NCBI GenBank assembly: GCA_963514005.1
Contig: CAUPSL010000040.1
Span: forward strand, 1 to 59,551
Source: Raja brachyura
Taxonomy: Eukaryota
Direction of reading: 5' to 3'
DNA: 59,551 nucleotides
Shown one piece after another: positions 1 through 12,525 of this stretch (its first letter is position 1; every line of letters starts with the position of its first letter). The notes beneath the pieces are model-generated. The model made no database searches. It was not told the origin of the DNA and saw only the letters and a program-made list of their open reading frames with translations. The position numbers and the translations under genes are program-made.

Positions 1-1147
1 GGGAAATCATGCTTGACTATTCTTCTGTAATGTTTTGAGGATGTAACAGGGAAAATTGGCAAGGGAGAACCAATAGATGTGATATACCCTGACTTTCTGA
101 AAGCATTTGATAAGGTCCAACATGGGAGATTAGTGGGCACATTTAGAGCACATGGTATTGGCGGTAGATTGCTGAAATTGATAGAGGATTGGATGGCAGA
201 CTGGAAACAAAGAGTGGGGATTTACAGGTCCCTTTAATAATGGCAGGCAGTGACTTTTGGGGGACCGCGAGGTTCGGTGCTGGGACCGCAGCAATTTAAA
301 ATATATATTAATGATCTAGATGATGGGATTAAAAGTCACATAAGCAAATTTGCGGATGACACAAAGTTGGGTGGCAATGTGAATTGTGAAGAGGATGCTA
401 TCAGGATGCAGGCTGACATGGACACGTTGCGTGAGTGGGAGATGCATGGCAGCTGCAGTTCAATGTGGATACATGTGAGGTTATGAACGCTGGTGGCGGA
501 AACAGGAAGGGAGATTATTTTCTAAATGGTGTCAAGTTGTGAAAAGGGGAAGTACAACGGGTATGGGGGTCCGTGTTCATCAGTGACTGAAAGTAAGCAT
601 GCAGGTAGAGCAGGCAGTGAAGACCGCAAATGGCATGTTGGCCTTCTTTACAAGAAGAGTATAGGAGAAAAGAAGTAATTCTGCAGTTATACAGAGCCCC
701 AGTGAGACCACACCTAGAGTATTGTGTGCAGTTTTTGTCTCCAAATTTGAAGAAGGACATTATTGAATTGGAGGGACTGCAGCGGGTTAATTTCCGGATG
801 GCGGGACTGTCATGTGTTAATAGAATGCAGCGGCCGGGCTTGTATACTCTGTAATTCTGAAGGATGAGAGAGGATCTTATTGAAACATAGAAGATTATTA
901 AAGGTTTGGACACGCTAGATGCAGCAAACATGTTCCCGATGTTGGGGGAGTACAGAGCCAGGGGGCACAGTTTATGAATAAGGGGGAAACCATTTTAGAG
1001 CGTCAGAAGGCAATGGAGGCCGGTTCTCTGGATGATTTCATTTGAGAGTTAGATATATCTCTTAAAGCTAGCGGAGGCAACGAATTTGGGAAGGCAAGAA
1101 GTGGGAGTTGAATGTGGATGATCAGCTATGATCAGATTGATTAACGG
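1..1147 (+). mobile_element. CR1 LINE, decayed RT and 3' region (runs off left edge)
   Basis: PRGSVLGP, KFADDTK and RPHLEYCVQF motifs in ORF fragments 250-486 and 630-854; frameshifts and stops. Confidence 0.92.
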
Positions 1148-1620
1148 TGTTGTCTATTATCTCTCTCGGGCTCCATCGGCGGCCTGGCTTTCGGGGCTGC
1201 GGTGCTCCAGCGGCGACCTTGCTTTCGGGGCTGCGGTGCTCCAGCGGCGACATGGCTTTCGGGGCTGCGGTGCTCCAGTGTTCCAGCGGCGGGCCCTGTG
1301 GCGGTGTTCCGGTATTCCGGCGACGGCGGGGTGGCAGCCTGGCATCGGAGGCTCGGCCGCGGGCCTGGTGGACGGCAACATCGGAGGCCGGCATCTCCTC
1401 AGCTCAGAGGGAGAACAAGGAGGGAAGAAGAAAGAGACTATCAGACGTTTGCCTTCCACCACAGTGAGGAGGTGCCTGGTGAACTCACTGTGGTGGATGT
1501 TAAATATGTGTTTATTGTGTGTTTTGCTTTTTATTATATGTTATGACTGCAAGATAACGAGAATTCGTTCAGACCGAAATGTCTGAATGACAATAAAGGA
1601 TAATCTAATCTAATCTAATC
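1148..1620 (+). mobile_element. Short GC-rich non-autonomous retroposon-like element with (CTAAT)n tail
   Basis: GC-rich body with a 34-bp tandem unit (1187, 1221, 1255), 3' end GAATGACAATAAAG then (TAATC)n; interrupts the CR1 3' UTR. Confidence 0.65.
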
Positions 1621-2494
1621 TCCCGCTCCCTCTGTTTCTTCATCTATCGATATCTCAATGTGTAGCTTGCTCGTTCATTGGAAGCGTGTGTCTAATCTTA
1701 AATAATTACTTTTTTTCACAATCTCGCAATTATTTAACGATTAAATGTTGATATGCAAACCATTGTACATCTTCTCATTAACCCTTCGCATTAACTCTGA
1801 AGACGACCCCACGTTTTCATTCTTTCTGTTCAATAACAATTCTAAAAACGTCTTGCATAATTAGTTCGTATCAAATTGTTCCTTCATATATTCATGCCCA
1901 AAAAATCAGTCTTACGCTGAAATATCCTGTTTTATTTTAATGATGCTGTGATTTAATGTTATTTTTTTATTAATCCAACCAATAACTTAACCAAGTGAGA
2001 TGTCATGGTAAAAGATGCACGTAAGGACCAGTCCCCTCGCATGGTACATTTTAATATGTGCATTACCCACGATTTATTTTCACCTCCAAACATTGAAGTA
2101 GTTTCCACTTGATTTGTCTTCCATTTTCTAATCTAATTAGCCCTGAACTTCCAGCAGACTCACCAAAAGATGAAGCAAAGCAGTTTCGTGAAGTATGTAA
2201 AATAATATAACGTATCAATTATTTAAATGTAATAAAGTCTGACAATTAATTTTGCGCTGATCTAATAAATTACAAACAGATTTTTGGAGCAGCTCAATGA
2301 GACGAACGTACGGTACCCAATGTTTTCCAATAGATTTACGAAGCCGCAGTGTGACAATATTTACACCGTTATTCAATCAATAAAAACAACGGAGGTAGCT
2401 CGTTATTAAAGGTTTGCTACTCTGGATGCTATTCAGCAAATCCTCCTGCGGTTTTCGCCCATTCGTTTGCTCTTTCTAGTTCCGTAATAAAGGA

Positions 2495-3510
2495 AGAGGA
2501 GGAAGTACTGACACTTTTGAAAAATATATAAGTGCATAAGTCTCCAGGTCTTGACAGGATATTCCCAAAGACATTGAGGGAAGTTAGTGTAGAAATAGCA
2601 GGGGCTATGACAGAAATATTTAAAATGTCATTAGAAACGGGAAAAGTGCCGGAGGATTGGCGTACTGCGCATGTTGTTCATTTGTTTAAAAAGGGTTCAA
2701 AGAATAAACCTAGCAATTATAGACGTGTTAGTTTGACGTCAGTGGTGGGCAAATTAATGGAAAGGATACATAGAGATAATATATATAATCATCTGGATAA
2801 ACAGTGTCTGATCAAAAACAGTCAACATGGATTTGTGCGTGGAAGGACATGTTTGACAAATCTTCTTGAATTTTTTGAAGAGGTTACTAGGGAAATTTAT
2901 GAGGGTAAACTAGTGGATGTTGTCTATATGGATTTCAGTAAGGCCTTTGACAAGGTTCCCCATGGAAGGTCGGTTAAGAAGGTTCAATCTTTGTGTGTTA
3001 ATGGCGGAGTAGCAAGATGGATTCAACAGTGGCTGAATGCGAGATGCCAGAGCGTAATGGTGGATGGCTGTTTGTCAGGTTGGAAGCCGGTGACCAGTGG
3101 GGTGCCACAGGGATCTGTGTTGGGTCCCCTGTTGTTTGTCATGTACATCAATGTTCTAGATGATGGGGTGGAACATTGGATAATTAAGTATGCAGATGAT
3201 GCTAAGATAGGTGGTGCTGTGGATAATAAAGTAGATTTTCAAAGTCTACAGAGAGATTTGGGCTATTTGGAAGAGTGGGCTGTAAGATGGCAGATGGAGT
3301 TTAATGTTGATAAGTGTGAGGTGCTACATCTTGGCAGGACAAATCAAAATAGGACGTACATGGTAAATGGTAGGGAATTGAGGAATTCTGTGGAACAGAG
3401 GGATCTAGGAATAACTGTGCATAGTTCCCTGAAGGTGGAATCGCATGCAGATAGGGTAGTGAAGAAAGCTTTTATGGTTATATGGTTATATGGTTATATG
3501 TTATATGGTT
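2495..3510 (+). mobile_element. CR1 LINE RT fragment, with internal 3' deletion and (TATGGTTA)n tail
   Basis: ORF 2532-3650: NYRRVSLTS, QHGF, DFSKAFDKV, GVPQGSVLGP, KYADD; same subfamily as 13775-15536. Confidence 0.93.
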
Positions 3511-5453
3511 ACAAAACCTCTGCAGCCAACTTCAATGGGCATACACCTTGCCTTCCAGCCCTGATTACGGCGGTCTATGACCAGTTCTTCATACTTAGTC
3601 ATCTTCCTCTCGTGGGCCTCCTCCAGACGGTCCTCCCACGGCACTGTTAGTTCGTACAAGACGATGTTTTGGCCGCCTCTGAGACCAGGAGGTTATCTGG
3701 CCTCAGGGTGGTCGTGGCAATGTGCTGTGGGAACTTCAGCTGTTTCATCAGGTCTACGGAATTCTGTCAGTCCTGCGCTGTCGCCAGGATTCCTGACGGA
3801 TTCCAAGCTGCTGTGGTTATTGGCAGCTGCACTCCGGTCTTCACGAAGGTGATCATCTGGGTGGTGTGGCGTGCTCGTCTGCAACTGCTGATTCCCAAGC
3901 TGGTGGCTTCTGCAATGAGTTTAAGAACCTGGTCGTGACGACAGGTGTAACGGCCCTGCCGAAGAGCCTTTGGGCAGCAGCTCAGGGTGTGTTCCAACGT
4001 CCCCTTGCTTGAGCGTGGCGGGAAATCCTTTCCGCAGATGAAGATGTTCGATGGGCTGGGTAGGACATCATACACTGGACCAGGAACTTGATGCGCTGTG
4101 GTTCAGCCTGCCACAGCTCAGTCCATGTGAATGTTCGGTCCATGGCCTGCTCCAACCGTGTCCAGGCTTCCTGCTGTCTTAATCCAAATGCTCTGGTAAA
4201 CCTCTCCTCCCCCACCACTGCCCCACTTCAACCTGGACCAGCCTGCGCCTCTCCTTCCCCTTGGCCTTGTCAAACTGGGGAGATGGGAAGATTCCCAAGC
4301 CCGCTCTTCCCCGAGTCGCTGCTCCCACCAGGACTCTGTGGCGTATCCGAGACTCCGCTTGCAGCACGGCATCGCCTGATCTCCACTTCCTCCCAGTTTT
4401 CACCTCCACCCCTGCTTGAGCCACCTTAGGTTCGCTGGAGCCCCTGTACAGCATCGCCTCTCTGCCCCGAGTTACCTGGAATTCCTCCTCCAGGGACGTC
4501 AGGGGCAGCTGGAGCTTTGTGTTATTTCCTTGAAGGGCGATGCTGCTAATGGTCCTTGGCAGTTCCAACCACCTTCTGAGAAAGCTGCTGGCTTTCCTCT
4601 CCAATCCCTCTGCGATGAATATTTGGACTTCGGAGACAAGCAGTGACCAGAGTATCCTCGGCAGGATACCATACTAGTATATCGATGCCTTAATCTTGCC
4701 AGGAAGCCCAGACCGGTAAACTGCTCTCAACCAACTCTCCAGCTCATGACAGGTTGCCTCGACACATGCTGTCTCCTACAAGCTGCTGTTAAACACCTTG
4801 CCAAGGCTCTTCAATGGCCTTTCGGAGACAGTTGGGATTGGTGTCCCTTCGATGCTGAAGCGGAACCTGCCCATGACTTTGCCCTTTTCCAGCATCAGTG
4901 ACCTTGATGTTCCTTGCTCAAACCTCATCCTTGCCCATCCAATCAGTTTCTCCAACCACTGCAGGATCCACCTGCCTCCTGGCATTTACTCAGTGGTGGC
5001 AGTAAGGCGGTCCGCGAAGGCTCTGGTTGGATGTTGGCGCACTCCTGACTTGGTCCGAGACCCCCGGCACTCTGGCTCAGCAGATTTGACGATCATGTTC
5101 ATCGCCAAGGCAAAAAGGATTACAGAGATGGTAGAGCCTGTGATGATCCCAATCTCCAGTCTGTGCCACCCTGATAAGACTATTTTGCTGAACTGGTTGT
5201 AATAGTCCAGGACGAGATCTGCCACTTGGCCCGGCACATGATGCTTGGCCATGACTGTCTGGATCAGCTTGAGCGGGATGGAGAACTGGTTTTTCTTGTT
5301 TTCCCTGGCTTCTCTGATGAGCTAGTTCACCACTCCCATGTGCTATAGACACCCCAGCACTCCAGACACGCCTCCCTTTTGCACTGAGTTGTCGATGTAG
5401 CCATTGCTTGAGAGGAAGTTGGTCAGCCGCCTCGCCACTATGCTGAAGAAGAA
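3511..5453 (-). mobile_element. HERO-like non-LTR retrotransposon (RT + CCHC finger + restriction-like endonuclease), decayed
   Basis: Minus-strand fragments: FFSIVARRLTNFLSSNGYIDNSVQKGG, GIITGSTISVILF, AFADRL, LEHTLSCCPKALRQGRYTCRHDQVL, TTLRPD...ELTVPWEDRLEEAHERKMTKYEEL...PIEVGCRGF. Confidence 0.88.
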
Positions 5454-6611
5454 GTAAAAAACAATAAAAGTTACAGGGCGAGTGCGTGGCGTGGCCTTAT
5501 AATGCATCCAAAAATAAATATCATCCTTACTGGGAAATTCTCCACGTGCAAAATTGTATGCAATTGGTTCCTCCTTTCAACTGTCATATAAAGTCAACAA
5601 TTTTGGCTTCTGTAGGGCTCATCGGAATCTAATTATCGATTTGTTGCTTAGAGTCTTATGTCAACTTGTCCGACGGATACCTCCTTTATTGAAGCTGAGT
5701 CTGTATTCACGCTATCGGCTAGGCATTTCCTTTTCACCCAAATAGATTCAGGTGCATATGTTATGCACTTATTAAGCGTGTCCTGTATAATCAGATATGT
5801 ATATTGTTTAATATGTTCTCCTGCACTTTCAGGTGTGAATGTTGAAGTCAAACATTTTATTGTTGGTACGGCCACAATGTTGTGGCTTTTCGGTAGAAAA
5901 AAAAGTATTAAGAGCATAAGGTGATAGAGTGTGGGAAAGGCTCTTGTCCCAACGGTCCACACCGCCCAACATGTCCCAGCTGCAGTAGCTGCAGTAGCCA
6001 GCATTTGGTACATGTCACTCCAAACTTGTCCTATCAATTTACCTGTCTGACTGTTTCTTAAATGTTGATATTCACACTGCGCCAACTATCACCTTCCTGG
6101 AAGCTTGTTCCATCCATCCACCACCCTTTGTGTGAAAAGGTTACCCTTCGGATTATTATAAAATATTTACTTCTTCACATCAAACATATAGCTATTATAT
6201 ATTACTAGACTTGTAAATTACCTGTTGACGGCTACTTCCTGATTGTGCTTCAGAATCATATTGCTTACAGATATAGACAGTAAAGAATACATGTGAAAAA
6301 TACCCTATATATGTCAACATTCTGCTCGAAACTTCGGCAGTGTTGGTCAGTTCTAGTGACAAACTGCGAAGAGATGCGAATGCGAAGCGCCAATGGAATT
6401 ACTGCATAATTCCTATGTTTGTCAAAATAAATAAATTAATTAAACATCTTTAATCATGAAATACGTTCTACTAAACATATTTTGTTGGGTAGGTTATCGC
6501 GATGAGAGCAATTTTAGACGATTTGAATGTTTGAAGTGTTTCTGAATGTCAAATGCACGGGGTGTTTCCATTGGGAGAGCTGTCTAAAGTATGACTTACG
6601 GATATGCTTAC

Positions 6612-6626
6612 CTTCAAAATGTTCTT
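6612..6626 (-). CDS. Candidate micro-exon with strong donor, acceptor ambiguous (15 nt EEHFE, or 29 nt to 6640 ALQNQKNILK)
   Basis: TTTTGAAG|gtaagc consensus donor; AGs available giving 15, 29 or 35 nt. Confidence 0.35.
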
Positions 6627-6761
6627 CTGGTTTTGAAGTGCTAATGCTAAGCCTCGTGGATTAGAGCACGACCCAGCCTTCTGCTGGAGAAACCTGTTAG
6701 GTACATACCAGCATTTCTGCAAATAAGCGTCTAAATAAACAACAGCCAAACAAATAATCAC

Positions 6762-6788
6762 CTCGGTCTTTGTCTTTCAATTCGTCTC
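6762..6788 (-). CDS. Candidate micro-exon, 27 nt, (G)DELKDKDR
   Basis: tcacaacag|GAGACGAATTGAAAGACAAAGACCGAG|gtgatt. Confidence 0.5.
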
Positions 6789-6899
6789 CTGTTGTGACAT
6801 GATTGAAATGTAATTATGGTTTTCCTACTGTACTTCGTTTTCCGGGGAGATTGGATTTTTATACAGTCGGGAAAAGATGTATATTCAAATATATATATT

Positions 6900-7060
6900 N
6901 NNNNNNNNNNNNNNNNNNNNNNNNNNNNNNNNNNNNNNNNNNNNNNNNNNNNNNNNNNNNNNNNNNNNNNNNNNNNNNNNNNNNNNNNNNNNNNNNNNNN
7001 NNNNNNNNNNNNNNNNNNNNNNNNNNNNNNNNNNNNNNNNNNNNNNNNNNNNNNNNNNNN
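6900..7060. other. Assembly gap (161 N)
   Basis: Run of n, preceded by (AT)n. Confidence 1.
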
Positions 7061-7617
7061 ACGAACACCTTAGCATATATCAAAAAATACATTATGAGAT
7101 TGATAAAGCTACAAATCAAACGAGAAGATGAACCGTGTTTGGCGTTTAACCAGTTTTCTCACAGACGCAAAACAACTAATTCGTCAATCTTATCAACAGA
7201 TTGTTATGGGGGTATCTCCATCCAAAATATATGTGGGGATGTATTTTCAACTTGTGTGAACACATGTATTTATTGTGCTTATCTGCATGAGAACGACATT
7301 CGGCAGAGAAACAAATTCCAAGTACGCAGCGGGTTCTATGAAAGAAGACACGATGACTTGCTGGAAATAGAGTGTCGTTGGTTACTCGCAGGTGGAGTGA
7401 ATTAGTTTAGCACAGCATTATTTTCGACGCAGACATTGTGGGCCGAATAACCAGTGCTTGTGCTGTACTGCTCGATGTTCTAGGGTGAACTGCAAATAAA
7501 TTGAATGGATCGAAGTGGCCTAGATTTCTATTCGTTCATGAAACATATTACCGCTTCTCCTGCTTTCGATTTAGAAAGGTGGCCGTTGACCACAGTGGGT
7601 CAAATACATTTTCGTAC

Positions 7618-7653
7618 CATTCTTGAACCATATGTTTGGGAAAGTTATTTGAT
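7618..7653 (-). CDS. Candidate micro-exon, 36 nt, (N/D)QITFPNIWFKN (144 nt if an upstream in-frame acceptor at 7761 is used)
   Basis: aaatttag|ATCAAATAACTTTCCCAAACATATGGTTCAAGAATG|gtacga; peptide is not coil-like. Confidence 0.35.
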
Positions 7654-8375
7654 CTAAATTTACTGAAACTATAAAGTAATACTGAAAGAATGAATCAACA
7701 TAATCCCCAGCTCCTCCTGGAGACCGGTTATACATTGGTACTTTCCCGCCGATATTAATATCTACAAAATGAACTGGACGGTTGTCCAGTCGGGTAGTAT
7801 ACCAATGGGATACTATATAGGGTGTGAACCAGCATCTGCAGTTCTTTCCGACATAGTTCATGGGCGTGGTGAGCGTGTACTGAAAATACATAGCATGTGA
7901 AAGTTTATAGATAGGTAGACGTCCAAATCAGACCTCCAACAGCAGAACAGGACGCGACTCTGTTGGAAAGTTTTCGACGTCGGAGAGCGATGTTTGAAGC
8001 ATTATAGACATTTGAATGGCATAAACACACATTGTGCAGCATAAATAAAGTTGCCAAGCATAATAACGAATAGATTGGACACAACGATAAAAGGAAGTTA
8101 ACACGAACACGAGAGCGTAAATGTGCAGAACTACACCGAATTTGGCGAGAAAATTCATTAATATTACAATTGGTTTCAAAGTTTCATGAGCACCGGACGC
8201 TGTTCACAAGACTATATTGTCTTGATAGTATTGCAAAATATACAAGGGTAACGATATCAATAATTATAATGATTATCGACACACTCATTAAACAGACTTG
8301 GTCACACCGTTGTATCAGTGGAAATTAATGCCAGACGGTAATATGAGGAGTGGTCAATTAATGGTAATATTATAT

Positions 8376-11300
8376 CGTTGCGGACGTGGCGCCGACGGAG
8401 AAGAATCCGAAGCAAAGAAGTGGAAGCAAAATAACCGAATGGAAACGAAGCCGAAACGTCAAATAACCGAAGGAAACAAAGCCGAAACGCCAACTAACCT
8501 AAAGGGTGGGACGCGTAATGCAAACTAAACGAAAGGTCAGGACGCCTAAAAGCCAACTAACCGAAAGGCTGCAACACCAAAAACGAAACTCACTGAATAG
8601 CCGCTCTGCCGAAACACCACCTACCCGAAAGGCATGTCGTCTACAAGGAAACGACGTTACGTTGCCGGGGGGCGGGACATGTCAGCGATTGGTCCAGACG
8701 GCCGCGTCTATCATATCACTGTGCAGGGATCAACGTTCCCCCACAGCTCCACACCACCCGACCCACAGCCCGCGGAGAGTTGCCGTGGGAGAGTGGGGCC
8801 TCTCCCTCCGCACACCCACAGTGACTGATCACGATGCACCGCCATCGGACCCCAACCCCTCACTAGGGCGACTACCCCCACCGACCCCCGGATCCTGATA
8901 CCCGCACCGGGTGAGTCACCCCTACCCCGGCCGAGGTGACAGAAGGCGAGGGGGCACAGTAAATCGCTATTAAAACATTCGGGGGCACATGACAAGAGTG
9001 ACAACGAGCAACATTAAAGGTGTGAGCAGAGAGGAAGAGGGGTATAAAATGACAATAGAAGCAAGTGGTAGCAAGGTGAAAATTAATAGTGGCTGGCAGA
9101 CAAATCCAGGGGAAAAATCAAAAGGGGCCACTTGTCAACATAATTGTATAAAGGATAAAGTGTTGTAAAAGCAAGCCTGAAGGCTTTGTGTCTCAATGCG
9201 AGGAGCATTCGTAACAAGGTGGGTGAGTTGAATGTGCAGATAGCCATTAATGACTATGCTATAGTTCGGATCACGGAGACATGGCACCAGGCTGACCACG
9301 GCTGGGAGCTGAATATCCAGGGATATACAATATTCAGGAGGGATAGACGGAAAGGAAAAGGAGGTGGGGTAGCGTTGCTAGTGAGAGAGGAGATCAATGC
9401 AATAGAAAGGTAGGACATCAGCATGGAGATGTGGATTCGATATGGGTAGAGCTGCGAAACTCTAAGGGGCAGAAAACGCTAGTGGGAGTTATGTATAGGC
9501 CACCTAACTGCAGTATTGGAGTTGGTGATGGCATGAAACAGGAAATTAGAAGTGCGTGCAACAAGGGTAACACAGTTATAATGGGTGACTTAAATCTGCA
9601 TATAGATTGGGTGAATCAAATTGGCAGGGGTGCCGAGGAAGACGATTTCTTGGAATGTATGCGGGATAGTTTTCTAAACCAGCATGTGGAAGAACCAACG
9701 AGAGAGCAGGCTATTCTAGACTGAGCATTGAGCAATGAGGAAGGGTTAGTTAGCAGTCTTGTTGTGCGTGGCCCCTTGGGCAAGAGTGACCATAATATGA
9801 TTGAGTTCTTCATGAGGATGGAGAGTGACATAATTATGTCAGAAACAAGGGTTCTCAAATTAAACAAAGGTAACTTTTAAGGTATGAGCCGTGAATTGGA
9901 CAAGATAGACTGGCAGGTGAGTCTTAAAGGGTTGACAGTGGGTGTGCAATGGAAGGTATTTAAAGACTGCATGAATGAAGTACAACAATTGTTCATACCA
10001 GTTTGGCAAAATAATCAATCAGGGAAGGTGGTGCATCCATGGATAACGAGGGAAATCAGGGATAGTATAAAAGCTAAAGATGACGCATACAAATTGGCGA
10101 AAAAAACAGCCTACCAGAGGACTGGGAGAAATTCAAAATCCAGCAGAGGAGGACAAAGGGCTTAATTAGGAAAGGGAGTATAGATTACGAAAGGAAACTG
10201 GGAGGGAACATACAAATTGTCTGCAAAAGTTTTTTATAGATATGTGAAGAGATAGAGACTAGTTAGAACAAATGTTGGTCCCTTGCAGTCAGAAACAGGT
10301 GAATTGATCATGGTAAATAATTGAATAACTACTTTGGTGCTGCCTTCACTAAGGAAGACATAAGTAATCAGCCGGAAATAGCAAGGGCCCGGGGGTTAAA
10401 TAAGATGAAACTGAGTGAAATCCAGATTAGCCGGGAAGTGGTGTTAGGTAAATTGAATGGATTAAAGGCCGATAAATCCCCAGGGCCAGATGGTCTGCAT
10501 CCCATAGTCCACAAGGCGATAGCCACGGAAATAATGGATGCACGTGATAATTTTTCACAAGATTCTGGAGTAGTTCCTGAGGATTGACGATAGCTAATGT
10601 AACCCCGCTTTAAAAAAATAGGAGGGAGAGAGAAAGCGGGGAATTACAGACCAGTTAGTCAAACAACGGTAGTGGGGAAACTGCTGGAGTCAGTTATAAA
10701 AGATGGGATATCAGCGCATTTGGAAAGTGGTGAAATCAATGGACAAAGTCAGCATGGATTTACATAAGGTAAATCATGTCTGACGAATCTAATATAATTT
10801 TTTGAGGATGTAACTAGTGGAGTGGATAAGGGAGAACAGCCAATGGATGTTATATCTGGACTTTCAGAAGGCTTTCGACAAGGTCCCACATAAGAGATTA
10901 GCATATAAACTTAAAGCACACGGTATTGGTGGTTCAATATTGATGTGGATAGATAACTGGCTGGTAGACAGGAAGCAAAGGGTAGGAGTAAACGGGTCCT
11001 TTTCAAAATGGCAGTAAGTGAGTGGTGGGGTACCGCAAGGCTCAGTGCTGGGACCCCTGTTATTTACAATATACATTAATGATTTGGACGAGGGAATTGA
11101 ATGCAACATCTCCAAATTTTCAGACGACACCAAGCTGGAGGGTACAGTTAGGTGTGAGGATGACGCTAGGAGGCTTCAGGGTGATTTGGATAGGACGAGT
11201 GAATGGGCAGATGCATGGCAGGTGCAGCATAATGTGGATAAATGTGAGGTTATCCACTTTGGTGGAAAAACATGAGGGTAGACTATTATCTGAATGGTGG

Positions 11301-12097
11301 CAGATTAGGAAAAGGGGAGAAGCAACGTCACCTGGGTGTCATGGTACACCAGTCATTGAAAGTAGGCATGCAGGTGCAGCAGACAGTGAAGAAAGCAAAT
11401 GGTTTGTTAGCATTCATAGCGAAAGGATTTTACTATAGGAGTAGGGAGGTTCTACTGCAGTTGTACAGGGTTTTGGTGAGACCACACCTGGAGTATTGCG
11501 TACAGTTTTGGTCCCCAAATCTGAGGAAAGACATTCTTGCCATAGAGGGGGTTGAGAAAAGGTTCACCAGACTGATTCCTGGCATGTCGGGACTTTCATA
11601 TGAAAAAACACTGGATAGACTCGGCTTGTACTCAATGGAATTTAGATGACTGAGGGTGGATCTTATAGAAATGTACACAATTCTTAAGGGGTTGGACAAG
11701 CTGGATGCAGGAAGATTGTTCCCGATGTTGTGGGAATCCTGAACAAGGGGTCACAGTCTAAGGATAAGGGGGAATTCCTTTAGGACCGAGATGAGGAAAA
11801 CATTCTTTACACAGAGAGTGGTGAGTCTCTGGAATTCTCTGCCACAGAAGGTCGTTGAGGCCAGTTCATTGGTTGTATTCAAGAGGGAGTTGGATGTGGC
11901 TCTTGTGGCAAAACGGATCAGGGGGTATGGAGAGAAGGCAGGTACGGGATACTGATTTGGATGATCAGCCATGATCATATTGAATGGCGGTGCTGGCTCG
12001 AAGGGCCGAATGGCCTACTCCTGCACCTATTTTTCTATGTTTCTATGTTTCTATGTTTGCTTCGGCTTCTCGTCCGATGGCGCCACTTTCGGGTACC
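8376..12097. mobile_element. TIR-bounded non-autonomous DNA element (MITE-like) containing a nested CR1
   Basis: 8386-8416 GTGGCGCCGACGGAGAAGAATCCGAAGCAAA vs reverse complement of 12056-12086 GTGGCGCCATCGGACGAGAAGCCGAAGCAAA; ATAT on both outer flanks; ~30-bp subterminal CCGAA repeats at 8405-8635. Confidence 0.6.
9010..12055 (+). mobile_element. CR1 LINE, near-complete decayed ORF2 (APE endonuclease + RT) with 3' tail
   Basis: CLNARSIRNK, ITETW, GGGVALLV, IMGDLN, SDHN (APE); DFQKAFDKV, PQGSVLGP, FSDDTK (RT); (TTCTATGT)n tail; multiple stops. Confidence 0.95.
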
Positions 12098-12226
12098 ATA
12101 TTATACATAGCACGATGTTAAACTGGGGGTACTCCTAACCATGAATTCTTGCAAACGAAGCAATAGATATTTTGCGATTTACATTTCAATTTTAAAGTTG
12201 CTGCAAACTTTCAAATAATTCCTTAC

Positions 12227-12262
12227 TGGCTTTTTGTAGTTCTATTCTCAAATTCGATAATT
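12227..12262 (-). CDS. Micro-exon, 36 nt, (E)LSNLRIELQKA
   Basis: ctaacgtttag|AATTATCGAATTTGAGAATAGAACTACAAAAAGCCA|gtaagg. Confidence 0.8.
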
Positions 12263-12507
12263 CTAAACGTTAGTATAAAATAATGCATGTTAAAGGCAAC
12301 ATGTGGCAAGTACAAATGGAAAATTAACACGGATACACAGATTCAGTGCATAAAATACGAACTTAATAAATGAACAGTTAAACTATATTCATATGTCAAC
12401 AGAATTGTTTCTCCCGACCTATATCAACTCAAGTATTTATCGAGAAGCAATGCTAATAATCCAAGCAACATTGGAGGCTATCCACGAGGGTATTGCTGAT
12501 AATTTAC

Positions 12508-12525
12508 CTCCATTTTCAGCTCTGC
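12508..12525 (-). CDS. Micro-exon, 18 nt, (S/G)RAENG
   Basis: ctttattacag|GCAGAGCTGAAAATGGAG|gtaaat. Confidence 0.65.

Noticed and set aside
2532-3650. 372-aa ORF as a functional RT gene or retron-like system
   Set aside because: It is a truncated CR1 RT reading through a microsatellite tail into antisense HERO sequence; there is no endonuclease or true start.
6803-7405. ORFs containing long X runs
   Set aside because: Artefacts of the N gap.
6762-7761. Ig I-set-like motif WFKNG|DEL formed across two candidate exons
   Set aside because: No B-strand Cys or DxGxYxC in frame; probably coincidence.
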